Positions 24,786 to 64,000 of a stretch of 64,000 nt of DNA are shown here, in pieces (the stretch's first letter is position 1; the number at the start of each line of letters is the position of its first letter). The stretch comes from Podarcis tiliguerta (Eukaryota), in NCBI GenBank assembly GCA_965153285.1, contig OZ229113.1. One strand, written 5' to 3'. The translations under genes and the position numbers were made by a program. A model generated the notes under the pieces. It had not been told where the DNA came from and did no database searches. It saw nothing but the letters and a program-made list of their open reading frames with translations.

Positions 24786-26114
24786 AATAGACAAACCATG
24801 TTATCCGGAGTTTTACCTTGAGAAATCAAGAAGTGGAAGACAAAAAACCAGCTTTCTAGGACAGTAGTTCAGGGTTTTGTTTCATAAAAAAAAAAAAACC
24901 CGCATACAACCCTGAATTAATAGTTATCAAAATAAAACTTCAAGAAACCCACAGAGATAAATTAAATACCTGGTATACTTATACAGAATTTTCACAGAAT
25001 TAGAACAAATGGGGGTCATACAAAGCAAACAGATCACTCCCCAGGAAGGGGAAGAAGTTTAAATAACATCCTAGAGAAGGTAATCCAAATGGGGTGGTAT
25101 TACTATTTACTTCCATTCTTGATATACAATAATGAAGTGAAATTACTTTTGTTTCCAACAGTGCCAACCTAAACACCACCAACATGAAGGTGCTTTACTT
25201 TGAAAAAAAAATAAATCAGGAGCTGGGGTGGCTTAAGTGCACCAATTATCTAAGTTATAAATAATTATATCTTAAGGAATTAGGCATCAAACTTTAGCAA
25301 AAACACCTTAAATACTAGCACTCTGAGCATTAAAAGTTTTAATCCATTTTGAATAAAAAAAAGCACAAACTTAAGTTTTTGCTTGTTTTGTAACAAAAAT
25401 TCACACAAAGAAAAATCTTAGGCTCGAGTGGTCACCTGTATTCTAATGGTCTCAAATTTACAGTATGGAAGCCACATATCTGACAGCGAAGCTTTTTATT
25501 GACATATTTATAAAATCAGGAAGTGTTTTATCCCCCTTAATTACCGATTAGTTCAAGCTGTGTTTTTCAGAAATCCATAGCACCGCTCATTTTAACAGGT
25601 TGTTACTTTGGGTGCCTATTTCTCATATATCTGGTGTGTGTTTTTAAATCAGTAACCACTTTTAAGTTGTTTACAATATACAGTATGAGAGGCTAGTCTG
25701 TCACTGATATACGGGTTCTTAAAACACCAGGCTGTTCATTCATCTGTTCTTTAAACACGCTAATATGGTAAGACATAGGTAGTGTCTCTGCAGCACCATA
25801 ATACTGTCTAAACAAACAGCTTTTAAGCTGTTTGCCTAATGTTTTATTCAGCCCCCTCCCACCACTTACTATATTTAGCAAAATACCATTGAAGACAAAA
25901 GTTTGCCCCTTACAATGAGGCACATTTTGGCATATGTGCTAAATGCTGCTACATAGGCAGGCATGTGCAAGTCATATTATGAAAAGGAGAGCCTCCACAT
26001 TTAACTTTTTCATAGAAAAATATAAATATATTCCCTGAATTAGAGGAAGAGAAGATTCAACATCTTGCTAGTATCACTAGCAAAAGGAAAGTGGGCTAGA
26101 TTTTCCTGTCAAGG

Positions 26115-62879
<36,765 letters not shown>

Positions 62880-63795
62880 CTGCAAATTGCATTTCAGTTG
62901 AACGCAGAGTTACTCAGAAAATTTATTCAAACACTATTTCAAAATTTAAGAGTCTTTAATGCTTTAAAAGTTCACTTTTTTAAAATGGCCTGGTTTAACT
63001 AGAAGCATGTTACACCTACCTTTAGTATTTTAAAACTTCAATCAATGGCTCTATCAATAACATATTGAACTAAGGACTCCTGTACTTTTGGGGACACTCT
63101 ATATCAAGCATTAGTTACAGAACAATGGTTTCAATAGTTTTATGTTTTACAAACCCCAAGCGCCAGCCCCTGACTGCAGGATACGGTATCCTGATCATTC
63201 ACTAAAATGAACATTCACTGTGCCCACTTGGTTGATTTTGCATTTTCCTGTTTTATGTTCCTTATTATTTCTCTACTCACTTCTCCAATTGTGAATATTT
63301 ATTCTTGATAACCAAGGATATTTCCTCTTCACTTTATAAAAAGAAGCAGTTGTGCTTAGTATACTAGGAAGCTCTTGGCCATTAGCTATCCCTAGAGATG
63401 TAACTAACATATACACAAATGAGCTGCTATACGAAGATGTTTTGCATTGTTAGCTACTCTGTGTTCTTAAGTGAGAAGAAAAATGAGGAAAGAGCAGTTG
63501 TGTAATACAAGGAGAAACATAAGCAAAGTACAAAGCAGTTTCACTTCACAGGTTCTCAGCCAAGTATTTATAGGTTTCTTTCTCATATCCCCCCCCCCCA
63601 AAAAAAAACCTGTTACAACTACAGCAACTTATGGTGCTGTACTTTCACTTAGGGTGAAGCAGCTTTAAGTTTTCTTTCTACTGATGGTCATGCATTTTGT
63701 GATAACATAATTTCAGAAATCTCAGGCTGAGCTACCCCTCAAAGTATGGTTCAACAACATTTGCAACATGTGCCTATCTCAGAATGACTAAGGGC

Positions 63796-63850
63796 TTAGA
63801 AAGGTAGCTTACAAAGAGACACTTAGAAAGGTAGTTACAAAGAGACACTT
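63796..63850. repeat. Local tandem duplication (~27 bp x2)
   Basis: ttagaaaggtagcttacaaagagacac followed by ttagaaaggtagttacaaagagacac. Confidence 0.9.
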
Positions 63851-64000
63851 TTGTTGAAACCTGGTCCCCTTTCTTTTCATATGTAAGGGAAGGTAACAAT
63901 TCTCTCCCTCCACTTGTCTCTGGAGAACCTATATTAACTATTAATGTCTTAAGAATCTGCTTGAAATGACACTAAAAACTCAAAGTAATGTTTTTTGTGG

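Overview
Vertebrate (squamate, most likely lacertid lizard) genomic DNA, not prokaryotic. The right 38 kb holds most of BRWD1 on the minus strand: 37 GT-AG coding exons from 62879 down to the stop at 26115. Their lengths sum to 7211 nt (2 + 2403 codons, phases consistent). They encode WD40 repeats, a Tudor-like region, two bromodomains and a long K/R/S-rich tail; the first exons lie beyond the window end. The 3' UTR probably ends near 24760. The left ~24 kb has no recognisable protein gene and is dense in retroposons (Sauria SINE, tRNA-head/CR1-tail SINEs, CR1, L2, a solo LTR, a Penelope-like end) and DNA-transposon MITEs (hAT with 8-bp TSDs, TA-TSD Tc1/mariner-pogo types). The main observation is that the BRWD1 C-terminus is an array of a duplicated ~0.9-1 kb terminal-exon module. 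There are three intact copies, a decayed terminal tail in the intron after copy 2, and one or two decayed copies downstream of the poly(A) site (about 22162-21830 and 20930-20290). The first of these still has a phase-compatible splice acceptor. Other leads are a candidate 31-nt poison micro-exon, SINEs with different tRNA heads on one CR1 tail, MITEs carrying ETS+NRF1 motifs, degenerate hammerhead motifs, and no PSMG1 downstream. Family names and human comparisons are from recall, not from searches.
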